Part shown: positions 49,618-60,757 of the stretch, one piece after another
Position numbering within the stretch: position 1 is the stretch's first letter
Layout of the letters: every line of letters starts with the position of its first letter
Assembly (NCBI GenBank): GCA_050230475.1
Contig: JBFLGF010000142.1
Span: 1-60,757, forward strand
Direction: 5' to 3'
DNA: 60,757 nucleotides
Origin: Ancylonema sp.
Taxonomy: Eukaryota
Notes under the pieces: generated by a model
Told to the model about the DNA's origin: nothing
Seen by the model: the letters and a program-made list of their open reading frames with translations, nothing else
Databases searched by the model: none
Program-made: the position numbers and the translations under genes

Positions 49618-52573
49618 ATGGAGGCCGAAAATTGTGGCCGTCCGGAGTGGGACAGCGAAGGCAGCAGTAGCGGAGACGTCGTACAAACCGAGATGCAGCC
49701 TATTCACGACGGCAGAGCTTTGAGCGCACCATTGGAAGTCGCCGTACCATCCCTTGAAGCTCCAGACAGTTTGATAGGGGATGGTGCGCAACGCGTTGAG
49801 ATCGTGGTGCAAAATCCGGTGGTGAGTGCAACCTATGTATCCGTTTCTTTCTAGGACTGGTCATCGCTTGTCGAGAGAGGGTTTGCTCCTGCAACTATGA
49901 CCTGAAGGGCATGGTATGCAAGTGCAACGGCAAGATGATAATAATACAGGTTGTCAAAGAGCGGTCTGTTTCCTCAACATGAGAGACCATGCGTCAGACG
50001 GCACATGCCGCACTGCGCATGTGCCGTCTGACGCATGGCCTCTCTCCGTTCACTCTCGTCTGTGGCCTCTTGCCGTTCGTGACATCGGGGTTTACCTTCT
50101 GCCTTGCACAATGGCACAAAAACATCGATCAGGTGAACTGCTCGTTGCGAAATGTCTCACCTTTCATTGATTGCCCACAGTCTGGGGGAGATGACCTACA
50201 GCTGTTGGCACTCATAGAGAGGTAGAGTCACCATAGCTGAATGTTGTCTGTACTCCTGCAGGCGCAGCCTCCCCGAACGAACCTCTCTTTGGGCATACTT
50301 TTGGATTACGTTTCCGTGATGAGCAACTTGGCCTTCTTCTGTATGATAGGGGTGAGTTCATGGCAACCGTACAATCCACGTCATCTTAATCATCCCGTTT
50401 CCTACAACATCTCTCACCGCTTAATCGCTGCTTTTGGGGCAGAGTGTAAATGCTGACGAGCATTGTTGCTGGGGTACAGTCGTCCGCAGAGAGGGATTTC
50501 TGTTCCCTTGTTGACCCCGTCAGGCAATGAGGCAACGCATCAGAGACAAGCATCTGTAGCTGTAGCTGTAGTTCCGTAGTTACTGGCCGTATTGTAGCAT
50601 TCTTTTACGTATATTCCAAAGCAGGGGCCTGGATTCACCAATCTGGTTGAACCAATCATGTGAACGTACCATAAGGAAGGCCGTAAAGCATTCATGATTG
50701 GCAGCGAGGGGATAATATGCTGGATGTGGTCTTGAAGGAGCATCGTCCCAGTGGTGCTGACAGGTGGCAATAAGATATTTGTTGGAAATCGGGTTGGGCC
50801 CAACGGGTGCGCTTCTCACGGACGATATGACTCCTATCTTCCGCGACATACCTGCAAATGTGGTACGCATCCGTTTTTATTCCAATAGCACCCTCCGTAC
50901 CCGTAGCAATATGAGGATTGGTGGAGCCATATGCACGTTATTCACATGTACGTCGTCACAAAATCTCCATCCTCAGAATATCTTTGCTACAAATGTCTGC
51001 TTGTATGTCTGGAGACGTTTCTCGTCACCGAGTTGCTTGTGAGGAAAACATCGTAGTCCTCCTGTGGACCTGGTGCTGTGAGGTAGCATATCACAAAGGC
51101 TTTTCTGACAGTGAATAGCCCATTTTTGCTGAAGAGCCCACATCTGACCGTGTGGGGTTGGGATCGCAGCTCGGGTGCTTCATCATGGGGTGGGTGGGCG
51201 TGGTGGTGAAGAAGCATCTTGTTCATTTCAACGAGCCCCTGGCGGTGGGATTGTCCACTGGTTTGTGCGGGTCACTCACCACCTTTGCTGCATGGAACCA
51301 AATGATTCTGCAAATGGTGGCTGCTGGATTTTGGCTGCGAGGGATCTTCACCTACTTCTCTGGTACCATGCCAGCCTGATTGCAGATGCCTTGAATCAGG
51401 TTGCTACTACAAGAAGCTGCTCCTGATGACTCTTCCTGATTTTCTATCCCTTCATAACGGCTTTCAATGGTTAAATAAGAAGAATGTTCCCGTGAGTTAT
51501 CAGATCCTGGAAAACGATTATGGACACGTGGGCCTTTTCCATGTTTTTTTTTAGTCAAGTCTCCAGAAGAAACCGTGCCCTCCCCTCTAACCTGGTATCC
51601 GCTTCCGGTTCCTCCCTGCCTTCTGATCTCCAGCTCCTCTTGTTGTCTTCATCGCCTTGTCTGTCCTCCTCCAGGAGTCATCATCGCCCAAGGCAGCCTG
51701 CAATTAGGGATAGATACCGCAAACGGGTTTCTGGCCATAGTGGCGAGGGCGCAACACGAGCGGGACCTGCAAGGCCGCCCCCGCATCGCGTTCCCCACCG
51801 CAGACCACATGAACCGTAGATGGGGGATGCTGATGATATTCTTCACCGCGTCGGCGCTGCTGTGGACTGCAGCGGCGGCCGGGACAGCTGTAGATACCGG
51901 GAGTGTGGTGAGGAGGAAACTGTTTCTTTCGGTCCTGGTGGGGCCGTTTGGGGTTTGGACCCGGTGGTATCTGGCCAGGCTCAACGGGAGGGGGGTGGGG
52001 AGGAAGCAGCACCTCAAGTGGTTGCCCATGGGGACTCTGACGACCAATTTGGTGGCGGCCTGGCTGGAAGCAGCACTTTCTACCGTCAATCGATGGGTGA
52101 GGAGTCGGTTCTTTCCTGTAGGGTGCTTGTACGCGACGAGTAGATTGTTGGACGTCTTCTGTCAGGGTGTGGAGGGGAACGGCGAAGTTTTAGAGAGGTC
52201 ATATCGTGACCCCTTGTGCCTTCCAAGCTGAATGCCATGTATGGAATTCGGACACACGGCATACTGGCCCTCGGCCCATCTTTGTCAACGTAGATTTTCC
52301 TTACGGGCTGCGTTTTGCGAGCTTCTCTGTTTGCAGGAAACAACTCCCACCGGGGGCCTTGTGATAGCTTCTCTTGACCTGGGCATGATGGGATCTATGA
52401 GCACTGTGTCGACGTTTGTGGTGGAGCTTCGGAGTTTGCATCAAGCAAGTTCATAGCAATGGCGAGCCTATGCTTTCTTTCTGGGGACAGTATTTTTGGC
52501 GTTTTTGGGAGGCGTGCTGATATTCAACGTTCCGGTGTGGGTGTTGAAGCTTTCAGAATACCAAGTATATTGA
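49618..52573 (+). CDS. FEX: Fluoride export protein (two fused Fluc/CrcB domains), 6 exons, with an in-frame TAG in the last exon
   Basis: Exons 49618-49821, 50262-50351, 50764-50862, 51170-51362, 51675-52096 and 52337-52573. Motifs ANVLGCFIMG, GLSTGLCGSLTTFAAW, GPFGVWTRWYLARLNG, PMGTLTTN, GSMSTVSTF and WRAY...VPVW. TAG at 52454-52456, then 38 sense codons to TGA at 52571-52573. Confidence 0.9.
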
Positions 52574-53578
52574 GATCCTCTGTACTTGATCCTCTGTCCT
52601 CTCTCTCTCTCTCTCTGATCCTCTGTGTACTTGTGTTAGTGTTTGTAGGGGTCTAGTCGGCTATGATGGTAACGCTTCCAAGGTTGTGCATACTTTGTTC
52701 GAAACCTTGTTGTATTTTGAGGATGTATCTACTACGTATTTTATGCAGGAGGAAGGGTGCAGCAGCACTTCTTGTTAGGGTAGGCTGTAGGTTAAATAGC
52801 GGGATAGTTTATTTTTCTAGTTTGTGCCATCATAAATAGAAAACGCTAGATGCAATTTTGTAGATTGTTCAGTTGCAGGATTCAACCAGTTTGAGCAGGC
52901 AGAACTGTTGATATACCTTTGTTAACTGGCGCTGTTGCGCAGACAGCATAGTGGTTCACTTAGATGGCATGCGTCTAAGTGTTTTTTCATGTTTTCAATA
53001 CATACATATCGCACAGGCACCTGTTAAACACAGGAGAGCTGCGAAGTTTTGTTGAGTTGGTACTAGACCAGGCAGAACCGACCTCTGCTTTTTACCATAT
53101 GCATAACGTAGTATGCAGATTGCACCTCAATATGCACCACACACAGACTGACAATATTTACCAGGAAAACAAAGTTCTGCCACTGGTAATACGATTCACA
53201 CAGTCGTAGTCACCTCCATACAGCATACACCATCCTGAACTTTAGGAGCGCAGATAATATCAGATCATGTGCACTTTCATTCTACCACTCGTATGTTGCT
53301 TTTGGACGAACTGGAGATACCCCACTGGAACAGAGTATCCTACTCTTAGCACACAGAGTACTCGCTGCTTCACCTCCGCAGAGGGACATATTTACAATCT
53401 CTACTCCAGTGACTTATCACTGTCGCGATCAAAATACTTGTCCACAAAAGGGCGAACAATATAAAAGATGTTGGACAAAAGCATGAAAACACAAAAACAC
53501 GAAATCACGTCACCTCTGTCCTAGCTTGTACTCCCAGATCCTCCTCTCCACCGCCACTCCTGATCCACCTCCCAGCTC

Positions 53579-56500
53579 CTATCGAGCATCGGACGCATCT
53601 GCAGACCCCTCTCCGATACCCTCCTTGACCACTTCTGCTTCTGCACCTCCCTTGCTCTCCCTCTCTACATCTCCTTTGCGCCGGTGGACGGGAGACAGAA
53701 CAGGTGGCGGTCGATCTCTTGGTGGCGACATGGCTTCATTGCTTCTCATCGGTGAAGAGCCTGGGAATGACTTGTTTGCCAAAAAAGTCCGGACTGGATA
53801 CGGGTACGCAGGCTGACCCCCTCCCTTCCCACCCTCAACATTATACCCACCACCCCCGAAATCCCTCTTCTTTGGCGGCACAGACACCGCAGGATGCGGA
53901 TCCGCACCCCATACGGTTATCGCCTTGGACTGCCATTCCTCTGACGCCGCGGCCCCCCCCCCATCCCCCTGCCCCTCCCGCTTCACATCACTCCCTCGCT
54001 GCTCCACCCCTCTCCACCGCTTGTTGGGACCCTTCCCACCCTCCCACCCACCTCCCGTCTCCTCCCCTTTGCCTCCACCACTCTCCTGCCCTCCTCCTCC
54101 AACTGCCCCCCTCCCACCTCCTTCACTCCCTGCCCCCTCCCCACTTCTCTGGGCTTCCAGCCCGGTTCCCAAGGAAGACCTTCCCAACTTGAACGACGTT
54201 GCTGCCCAGCTCCCCCCTTCTGCCCCTTCCCCTCCCTCACGTCCACCCTCCAACATGGCCACCTCAAGACTTCCCCCCTTCTTCCTCTTCTTCTCGCCCC
54301 TCCCCTCCTTCTCCCCCCACCACTCCTTCCCACCTTTCCCCACCCTCGCAGGGGACCTCGGCTTCGTTTTGGGGTTCAGTTCAGAACTGGGATGCGCTTC
54401 CTCCCAAGCTCCTCCCCCAAAATACCCTTTCATTTTCACCTCCTTGCCATACAGCTCCACGCCCCCGCCCCCGCCCCCGCCCCCAGATTCCCTCCGCTTC
54501 GAGGTCGGCCCCTCTCCCCCCCTCCCCCTCCCCACCCGGTAGTCTGCGTCCGACCCCGACCCCGAGTTCCTCCGCTGGGTTCCCCCTGCCTTGTTTCCCG
54601 CATCCAGGAGCTGCAGAGGGGAGTCGTGGGTGGGCAAGGAGGAGAGGGGACCAGAGGACGCGGGGGAGGTGGTGGAGGGGAAGACCAGACGGGAACGGGG
54701 AGAGTCTTCTATCTCTGCCCCTTGAGCGGAGGAGTAGGGGTGGAGGGTGAGATGCTGCTGGGCGGTGAACGGGTATTCGGCTGCAAAGTTCAGGGTCCAG
54801 GGTTCAGGTGTGGGGTTCAGCGAAGGAGACCCAGGACTGGTGATGATGCATTCAATGGGAAGCTTCTGGAACCTCAGTGCACGCTGAAGTTGAGTGAACT
54901 AGACTGCTTCTGATGGGCAACCCACTCTGCCCTGGAGACGGAAAGGCTTGCACGGACTTGAAATGTTGCACTTTACTAGTTTTAAAGAGAAGGCCGGATT
55001 TGAGAACCCTACCGTCTGACTTTTGGAGTGAGCGGTACTGCAGGCGGACACTCTCCCCCGTGTCCAAAGTCCGGACCAGGTACCTGAAAGGGAGGGATGG
55101 AATGGGAACTGCATTAGAGCCTCGTAGAGGGACAGCAGCCGTGTATGACTCTCAAAGACGAAATTCAATCGATGCCGTCTGCAATTCCTGCTACATACGA
55201 ACTCCGACTGTTTGTTAAAAGCAATCAAGTAATGGATATGAGGCCTTGAATTCCGTACCAGCCATTCAAGCATTGTGAAGTGATGATAGCATCCCTTCCC
55301 ACAAATTTCTCCGGGGTGCGTTTGTTGCCCTGCCGCAGATCAACACGGGAACGGATGATCATTATCGCAAATCAACACATCACTATTTGCTCTCTGCATT
55401 CGGCGCGTGGTGACAGTTCCAGAAGCCTGACACATGGGAAGTGACACACCAAAGATGGACCAAAACATGTGGCGATCGATGTCGAGGGGGAGGGTGGGGG
55501 GGGGGAGGAATCCGCAGATTACAACTGACTGAGGAGACCAAAGCGCACAGAAAGTGTAGGGGTGCTGTCTGCCAGGGCTTGCCTGTCCTGTTACAAGGAA
55601 ATCGTAACCAACCTTGATGACGACGTAGTCGTTCACCGCATACGGGAACTGCACGCCTCTCAGTCGTGGACTGCCTTCGGGATCTGGCGGCGATCCCGGC
55701 TGGTCCTCCTGCTGAACACTGTTGCATGCCGCCTGTTCCCACCCACGCCCACCTTCCGCGTCAGACCCGCACATACCCGACATGCTCTGACACGCGCAGA
55801 CACGTTAGCACTCCGAAACGTACTTTCTGCACCCTATGGTGACTCCATTTCCAGCGAACTTGTACCGTATACCCTACACTGTGCATAGTACAGACCATCT
55901 GCCTGTACAGACAAACCATTTCCTTCTGCTGTCTACAGACAAACTACTAGACTCGACCCCCAGGGTGCTGAGCTATAACTACCTCGAACCTCCTCACGCT
56001 CCTTCCCTATTACCTTGTGAGACTTCTTGTGACTTGACGTCCCCTTCTTCCCTTCACTGCCTTCTGCTGTGACTCCTACCCCACTCTCCCTGTCCCTCCT
56101 CCTCTTCACCCCGCGGGAGGCGGAAACCACATGGGCTGCTGCAGACTGCTCCACCCGATAAGCCGCAACACACGCCCGTAAAGCTGGGAGAAACAAAGGG
56201 AGAACATATCGGGAATTAGACCTCGGCCCGCTCTCCCTCTCCCTCTTCCTCTCCTTCCACTACTCTCTCTCTCTCGCTCCCTCTCTCCTTTCTCTCTTTC
56301 TTATTCTTCTGTCCGTGTGTGCCCCCCTCCCCCAGTCTTCGTCATTCTCCCTTACTTAAGTTTGGCACCAGCGCAGTTACGTCCACGCTCGCATCACAGG
56401 AAGGACACACCATCTGCAGAAATGCATCAGCAGCAGAATGAGGACGTGATCGCGATTCAGCACTGAACAAACAAAGCATTCAGTACAAAGCATAATGGTT

Positions 56501-59500
56501 TATTTGCGTCTGCCCGAAAACTACAGCTCTCTCACCTGCTCGCCATTTGGCATCTGAGCCGATGAGAATCTTCAAAGATGAGTTCCAGAAAGCTTATAAT
56601 CATCACAAACGAGCTTCAAAGAGGTAGCTAAAGATGGCAGAAACGCGCCTGCATGAATTCTTGATTACGGCTACCACAGAGAAACCGACTTATAATCTAC
56701 ACCAGTCTGGTCCACCTGCTTATTTCATGAGCCAATTCACTGATTTCATTGAGCCAGAACAGTCAAACACCTACATTAGCAGATCATAGCCTTCCATTCC
56801 CCTTCTTCTACATTTAACATATCACATCAGAAGGCTGCAACAGCTTCATTGATAAGACATCGACTTCCACCTCTTCAACAGCAGATCACAGGCAGACCTG
56901 GCTGCTTTAATAGGTCTCAGGGAGCTTGCCTCGACTGCCCTCTTAAATAGTTATTCCCAAATACAAACAAGTACTATTCTACCCTTAAGTGTAGTAAATT
57001 GTACAGTTCATCTTGTCATTCTTCCAAGAATTGACATGTACATCCTGAATCTTCTGTGTTTGTTTTGTGAAGAGCTTCAGGGGCCCACCGTCTCTATGAG
57101 CTTCTTAAGCCCGCCCCCTCCAAACGAATGGCCGCACGGGGCGACAACCGCATCTTCCAGCAAGAATCTCCTGTTCACATTCACATTCACATTCGCATGC
57201 ACAGATTGAAGATGGTAGGCTGATGCACGTGCACATATACTGACGCTTACACACCCTTGCTACATTCTGCATGTCAATGGCACTACTAGGACAGTACCAA
57301 AGCAGTTCCAGGAGATATTGCAAGAACAAGATCAAGCACGTGGTCATGTGATGTAAAATCCATGTCAGCATTCACCACACGTGGTCCCAACATCCCGACG
57401 ATGGAAAATCACACAAATACTTTCAAATATGTATGTCATCTGATAGGCAATCTCGACAACAACTCCACTCACGTGCAGGGGTCGGAAAGATGAGCTTTCA
57501 GCGAAGCGTCCACATCCTGTGGGAGGAAAACAAAAAGATGGACAGGGGTCGCTTTGGGAAGAAGTCTATCATGAATTGCATCCACTTCCAACTTCCAAGC
57601 AGAAGATCCACTACACACAGACTGATCACTGCAGATCACCTCCCTATGTTAGCAGAAGTGTACTGCTTCTGAATTCTCTCATTGCCAGCACTACAAGGTA
57701 TCCACAGAAGGCCAGAATCCTTACAGCAGTAGGCTCGGTTGAGACTTGGGAATTCTTTCCCCTCTCAATTGAAGCTTTTGATTCCAGAAATTGTGGAACA
57801 GGTATTGGTTCCAAGAACCGTTCTGGAACCTGATACCCCACAGACACCATGGCCGGGCAGTCCAAGCTCACTTGCGCTCGGGGGATGAGGTGATACGTCA
57901 GAGAGCAACTGCAAAGCAATACCCAGCCGGTTCAGGTACATCTACAGAGATGTGGACTAATGAAAGCTGGTGACCTTTCCAACAGCAGACTGGCTCGGCT
58001 GAACGTGAAATGAATATGGAGCAACTCCACAATACATATGTACACAAAATACACAAGCATGCCATCAAAAGGACAGAAAATCGTGGAGGAACAGGGAAAC
58101 TCACTGGGATGAGCCTTCAGGATCCCCGACATTCTGTCTTCTGTAAGATGATGTTTGTCTGTGGCCAGCTGTCACGTGGTTCAATGCTTTGCCCACGAGC
58201 AGCACCAAGTCACCAGAGCCCACCCCTTGATCGCACTGGAACCATTTACCGCTGCTGTCACGGACCTGTAGAACCACCATTTGTATTTTGGACTCTCGTT
58301 AGAAGTGGAAGACACAGTCGTGCTGACCTTGTATCACGTGCGAGGTATATTGCCAGTCAATCATCGTAGAACAGACACGCGTTTTGGTGTGAGTCGGCAA
58401 TTGTGTCTACAAAAGACGCATGGTTGTATCTCGCCCTCGATGTACGGTGCATAAGACTTCCCTCACCTCAAGGCCAGGGGAGTCCGCAGTTGTCAGCATC
58501 AGCAAACCTCCTTCCATCTCCATAGGTGGGCTAGCAGTACTCCTTCTGTGCGAATTGGTTGCATCACTGGTGTGGCACTGAGCACACACGGCCGAAGACG
58601 ACACCTCTCCTGACGGCAATGGACAGTCATCCAGCAATGAACTGAAAGCACTGCAGCCGCCACAAGAGCACAGCAGACTTTCAAACCAAGGTAGACTATC
58701 AAGGGCTCAAGGGCAGCATCTTCTGTGTGCTCCATGAAGATGCAAAACGCTGTCTCATTCATCTAAGTTTAGAGTCCTGACAGCCGGGCAATATTGTGAG
58801 CACGTTGCATTGCAGAAGCTTGCTATCGCTTCTTGCACTTACTCGCTTCGCAGTCTTAAATGACGAGATACAGCTGACAGGGCTACTCGAGCCACTTTCC
58901 CGAGGCTGTCAAATATCTGGGGTATGCAAGGAGGACTGTCCAGCTCCTCAGAAGTGGACCTTCTGCTCACACAGCAGCGAAACGTGAAGCACATTTACTG
59001 TTATTTGTTATATTCCGCAAAAACCGCATGCACAACATTATCGAATTAATCGAGTGGGGAATATTTTTGCTACGATTACATTTGTCCCCTGGGACAAATG
59101 TAAACGAAGCAAATCCGTCGATGCAACCGGTTCGGGTAAGTTCAGTAAGTGATCATTTTGGTCGTTCCGTCTGACGCTTGACATGACGACCAAAGAACCT
59201 GAGCAAGGTGGCTCCAAGTTAAACGGAAGTCAGTGGGCCGTTATCGAGAAGACAGGTTGTGCGAGCCTTGCCTGCCAGCCCGGTAGATGTACGCGCTCTT
59301 GGTAGGGCTTCCAAGATATCCACCACTCTTCGTCCAATCTGCCGACACGGGCCCAGCCACTGCCTGCTTCCGGAAATAGAGCCGGGCAGAAGCAAGTGCG
59401 CACCTAACGAGGACGGCGTGTTCGTGTGGGAGCTGGATCACAGCGGCGTTGTACCGCGATAACGACGTTGACAAATCATGTACAGCCTTGACGTACTGTG

Positions 59501-59840
59501 CAGGGGATGCACTGTCGGTATCTGTCAGTTCGGTAAGCTTCACTTTCGATAGTCCGGTTGGGGTCACTGACGCTTTGTCATTTTCTTTTTCAACGTCCCC
59601 GGGAATCATGTCATACACTTGCGAAGTAGCAGAGCCTTGCATTGCTGCCGTAGTGCTAACGGGAATATCTCCCGATGTACCCGGAATGGCCTCAGCGACT
59701 GTCACGGGGGCAGGGGTCGTGATTACGACTTGAGGCTTTTTTTCTTCAAGATTGACCGCCAGATGGGCTGGCAACGATCTTTTTGACTCGGTGATTATTG
59801 AAGAGCTTACATTGGCCAAAATGGTCATGGAAGCGGCCAT
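53579..59840 (-). CDS. U-box/RING protein, PUB62/PUB63-like, with an N-terminal degenerate 2OG-oxygenase-like region and a long low-complexity tail
   Basis: Spliced segments give ...LSAVSRHLRLRSDAFSSLLDD, GDLVLLVGKAL, LSDPCTRFLLEDAVVAPCGHSFG...CPSC...LVPNLTLRA, GVQFPYAVND, GNKRTPEKFVGRDAIITSQCLNGWYLVRTLDTGESVRLQYRSL. Last exon 54780-53579. The first intron has a GC donor. Confidence 0.85.
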
Positions 59841-60249
59841 AAAGGTGAACACTGATAAACTACAAACAACCAAACTATCGTTTATGCCATAACGGAGGAT
59901 AAACGTTTCTGTGTTTTTGTCATTGTAATCATGGTCATCTCTTCCGCCTGCGCAGAATCTTTTTACACATGTTGCGTTGAAGTGTACAACAGCGAAGTTT
60001 CCTCTTTCTCAGAAGGACAAAACGATTGAGTGATTTTCCACAAACTCGCCGAGGACTAACCCAGTTGGTTACCTGTTGTCACTTCCGTACCGTTAGTGCT
60101 CGGTACTATCCTGTTTTAAAGGCGACATACTCTACCAGATTAGTGAGCGACATGACATGAGAGCAGCCATGTACCGCATGCCTCCACGATGAGGGTCTCC
60201 ATGAGGCCCATGTCTTCGCATGCCCCGTGACTGTCGGTAATATCGGTAA

Positions 60250-60315
60250 TATTAGGGTTTGGGTTTCCTATAGCGAATTTGTTACTTACAACGAAGAACC
60301 CCTGTTAGGGTTTCC
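60250..60315. promoter_or_regulatory. Telo-box-like (TTAGGGTTT) motifs upstream of the U-box gene
   Basis: attagggtttgggtttcc at about 60251 and ttagggtttc at about 60305, 0.4 kb upstream of the predicted start. Function is inferred only. Confidence 0.3.
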
Positions 60316-60757
60316 GCAACGCCTAACAGAGAACAGAAATCGGATTTCACTTGGTGAACCGAGAGTCACTTTCGGAGACTTCAATATAAAGACAATTAAT
60401 TTTAGAAATGTGTCACTGAATGTCTTTACTCTACGTGTAGAACGCTACTTCTAGCAGATAACGATGTCCAGGACTCCAGAAAATATAGAATCCAAAATTT
60501 ACAAAAACAATTTTGTAAATTTTGCATTTACGTAGATGCAAGTGATACAAATGGGTGGGAGGCAAACTAATATTCAATTAGGGTCGAAGCATGTCGATAT
60601 TAATTTGTGTATCCGTTTGCTATCCATTTTGAAAGTCGTTGGTGAATCTTGTTTTCCTTTTTCCAATAATTACTGTATTTTTTCTTCATGACAAGTTTTG
60701 TTGTGTCTTGCCTACCAAGAATTTTCCATGTTGTTCATGACCATTATGTTCACTCCA

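Noticed and set aside
53704..54913. Long Pro/Ser-rich + strand ORFs
   Set aside because: Antisense shadows of the G-rich last exon of the U-box gene.
1..60757. CRISPR arrays, operons, rRNA or tRNA genes
   Set aside because: None seen. The window is intron-rich eukaryotic DNA and the tandem repeats lack unique spacers.

Overview
Eukaryotic nuclear DNA from a green plant lineage (a streptophyte; alga versus bryophyte cannot be decided from this window). It has nine intron-rich protein genes whose exons I assembled by hand from splice signals: plastid acetyl-CoA carboxylase alpha-CT (accA/CAC3, +), a kinase-less LRR receptor-like protein (+), an FtsJ/RrmJ RNA methyltransferase (-), an A1 aspartic protease (+), an Expp1-like secreted protein (+), a 2OG-Fe(II) dioxygenase (-), a bacterial-type DUF1349 protein (+), a FEX/Fluc fluoride exporter (+) and a PUB62/63-like U-box protein (-). 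Intergenic DNA is full of non-autonomous DNA transposons (hAT-, Tc1/mariner- and MULE-type, two of them nested), a non-LTR retrotransposon endonuclease remnant and micro/minisatellites. The main anomaly is that several otherwise intact genes carry in-frame stop codons inside conserved coding sequence: TAG in DUF1349, TAG in FEX, a splice-created TGA at the conserved terminal Cys of the protease, and possibly a TAG in the U-box gene. DUF1349 also has an AA in place of an AG acceptor. This could be stop-codon recoding or RNA editing, or simply recent pseudogenisation or assembly error; transcript data would decide. Homolog comparisons are from recalled family consensus, not from a database search.
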